A stretch of 64,000 bases of DNA from the human T2T-CHM13v2.0 reference genome, Homo sapiens. Positions 59,930 through 64,000 of this stretch are shown here, piece by piece. The position numbers and the translations under genes are program-made. Numbering within the stretch: position 1 is the stretch's first letter; each line of letters opens with the position of its first letter. Location: NCBI RefSeq assembly GCF_009914755.1, contig NC_060932.1, one strand, 5' to 3'. The notes beneath the pieces are model-generated. The model did no database searches. It was not told the origin of the DNA and worked only from the letters and a program-made list of their open reading frames with translations.

Positions 59930-60245
59930 TGCCTTTGGCTCCCTTCACCTCCTGTCCTGGCCCCTCTTCCTCCCTTCCTTAAAAACCCATGCTCCAGTCA
60001 TCCCAAACCAGGAGCCCCTTCCCAGGCGTGCCATGGTGTTTCACATCTCTGCGTCTGTGGTTTTCTTTCTATTTTGTTCATCTCAATTGGGCTTCCCAAC
60101 CTGGTTGTGAAGTCTCTATGGGGAGGCACTATGGTTTTTCACCTTTTTAATCCCAGCGCCCAGCATGCTTCCTAGAACAGTAGGAAGTAGACATTTAACA
60201 AATGTAGACATATAACAAATATTTATTCAATTAAATTAACTATAT
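59930..60245 (+). mobile_element. L2 3' fragment
   Basis: tcccagcgcccagcatgcttcctagaacagtagg...aaatatttattcaattaaattaa, L2-type terminus. Confidence 0.68.
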
Positions 60246-60259
60246 ATAATACTGAGTAG

Positions 60260-60547
<288 letters not shown>

Positions 60548-60740
60548 GACTGAATATTATGACTAAAACTATACACTATCAAAGTAGAGAAAGAGTGATG
60601 GATTCTTCATAGAGAAAGAATCATGGAAGGTTTCACATAGAAGCAGACGGCTTAAGTTGTGAATTTTGAAAGATAAATTCATCAAGGGATGGAGGTTTGG
60701 CCTATGCAAGTGTAGTTGGCTTAAGAAAAATACAAGTATT

Positions 60741-61856
<1,116 letters not shown>

Positions 61857-62839
61857 TCATGCTAAGGAAAAGCACAACATAGATTGTTTAGCTTTATTTT
61901 AGCTTCTCTTCTGCATCAACAATATTATTTTTGTAAACTCGTGTGTAATGAGGAAGGAAGGGGCCTTAACCATTTCTCAGCCTTAACAGATAGATAGACC
62001 AAAAAATAACAAACAACTCTCACTGCCATTACAACTCCCCCATTTTCCAAGTCTCTTTTGCCCCAGCCCTTCATTTCCCATGGCCAATGGTGCCCTCTTC
62101 CCTATTCCATCCACAATCTGCACATATCTGTTCTCCTTCATCTTCGGGCTTGAGCTTGTATAGAAGCCAATCATAGCAACCTGAAGTTCAGGGAGAAAAG
62201 AATTTCAGCCAGAGTCATACATTTCTAAAATGTCTACAAGATAGATCAGCTATTTTCCATCTATTGGTGGGCAACAAAATGCTCCACCAAAAGGCAGACG
62301 CGGTACAAGCCCTACACCAAGGCAAATCGCCAAACTTCCCATTAGTTCTGCCTCTAAATGACTAGGGGTCAGCCCAGAAGGCTGAAAGGCCTGAGGAAAG
62401 TGAGGAAGGGACTTAAGCAAAAGGATCAGCGAGTGCAAAATTGATATGTTTCAGGAAAAAGAAGGAAAACAGAGGCAGAGTGGAAAGGATGGGAGAAAAA
62501 GTGGTAAGATCATGCACTAGGGAGGTAAGGAGGTCAGACCATGTAGTGGGGTTGAAGGGCTTGGTAGGACCTTTGGATGAAAAGACAGATATACTCCCTT
62601 CCTTTATAGAGAAATCGTCTACCAGGGAAAAGAGATGTCTAGAAAAGAATAATCCCAAACACAATAAACACTGTGAAATGAAAATGCAAAGAGTGGGGAA
62701 TCATATAATGAAGGGGCTTAAAAAAGGCTTCCCTGGTTCTTCAAAGAGTATTGATGTGGCAACAGAAGAGCTGGGACCAGGGGTAGAGTATTCCTGAGAG
62801 AGCAAATGGAATAGGCAAAGAAATAGTGGGAAATAGTGG

Positions 62840-63160
62840 GGTACACTTGAGGCAAAAAGCCCAGGGGAGCTGAACACTGAATATAAGGAGGAGAGGGATG
62901 CCAAGAAGTGAGACTGGAAAGCAAGATGACACTGGACCCGGGGAGCCCTTGCAAATCATGGCACGGATTCAGGTCCATACTCTAAGAGCAAGAGGAAGCC
63001 CCTTTAAGCAATAGAATGACAATCAGACCAGGGTTCTAAGAAGACCGTATTGGCGGATGATTTGGTATGGCTGAAATACAGAGTGAGGAAGGGAAGTGGC
63101 AAGAGATAACACTGAAGAAATTTACTGGGGCCAGGTTATATAGGGAAAGACCTAGAAAAG
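62840..63160 (-). mobile_element. L2 fragments
   Basis: gagcccttgcaaatcatggcacggattcagg...atactctaagagcaagaggaagcc...agaatgacaatcaga resembles antisense L2. Confidence 0.55.
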
Positions 63161-63357
63161 TTCTTCTCTCCTTCATTTTTCTAAAAAGAAAAAGAAAAAA
63201 ATAGACAATCCAACATGCACTAAGGAAAATATCATCTGTCTTGGGAAGCGTCACTTCCTTTCCCACTAACTTTATTCTCTTGGCCAACAAGCTGAAAGTT
63301 ACCATTTTATCTTATTCATAGCTGTACAGTAACTGCCAACATAGGGGTCCCATACAC

Positions 63358-63842
<485 letters not shown>

Positions 63843-64000
63843 AGGTAATATACAGTTCTAGAGCTAAACAGAAGATCTCCGGGCTTTCTGGACATAAACA
63901 TAATAGCAGAGTTAAAACTACAAAATAAGCAAACAGAACCAGCCTCTGTTTACTTCGCTGCTTTCTGTCAGATAACTTGGATGTGGCATTGTCTTTCCAG

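Noticed and set aside
62441-62797. 118-aa plus-strand ORF
   Set aside because: Non-ATG (TTG) start, purine-rich low-information sequence next to L2 remnants, no recognisable protein family.
63985-64000. Splice acceptor-like end (ttgtctttccag)
   Set aside because: It falls at the window edge with a short pyrimidine tract, and no downstream exon is visible to test it.

Overview
Primate (most likely human) non-coding genomic DNA: AT-rich, CpG-depleted and dominated by interspersed repeats. These include about 18 Alu/FLAM copies, many with clear target-site duplications (TSDs), a ~10 kb nested stack of L1s, L2/MIR/L3 fossils, MaLR and ERV1 LTRs, and MER33/MER5A DNA transposons. I found no credible host protein-coding exon, RNA gene or CpG island; the longer ORFs in the track are Alu-, L1-, LTR- or microsatellite-derived, or unsupported. 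I could not identify the locus, and repeat subfamily names come from recalled consensus similarity rather than a database search. The most notable structures not explained by simple repeat annotation are: (1) a chimeric ~230 bp segment at 55535-55762, built from a direct copy of 53665-53753 and an inverted copy of 60178-60571 that lacks the Alu now present there, consistent with multi-step template switching; (2) a ~2.4 kb nearly pure A/T minisatellite of self-palindromic 30-43 bp units; (3) a ~207 bp dispersed direct duplication at 16025/17722; (4) an L1PB fold-back inversion coupled to a deletion; (5) a 71-bp VNTR inside an ERV1 LTR; and (6) a compact AP-1/ARE/E-box motif. I see no evidence for a novel gene system; the interest is in genome-rearrangement and regulatory structure.
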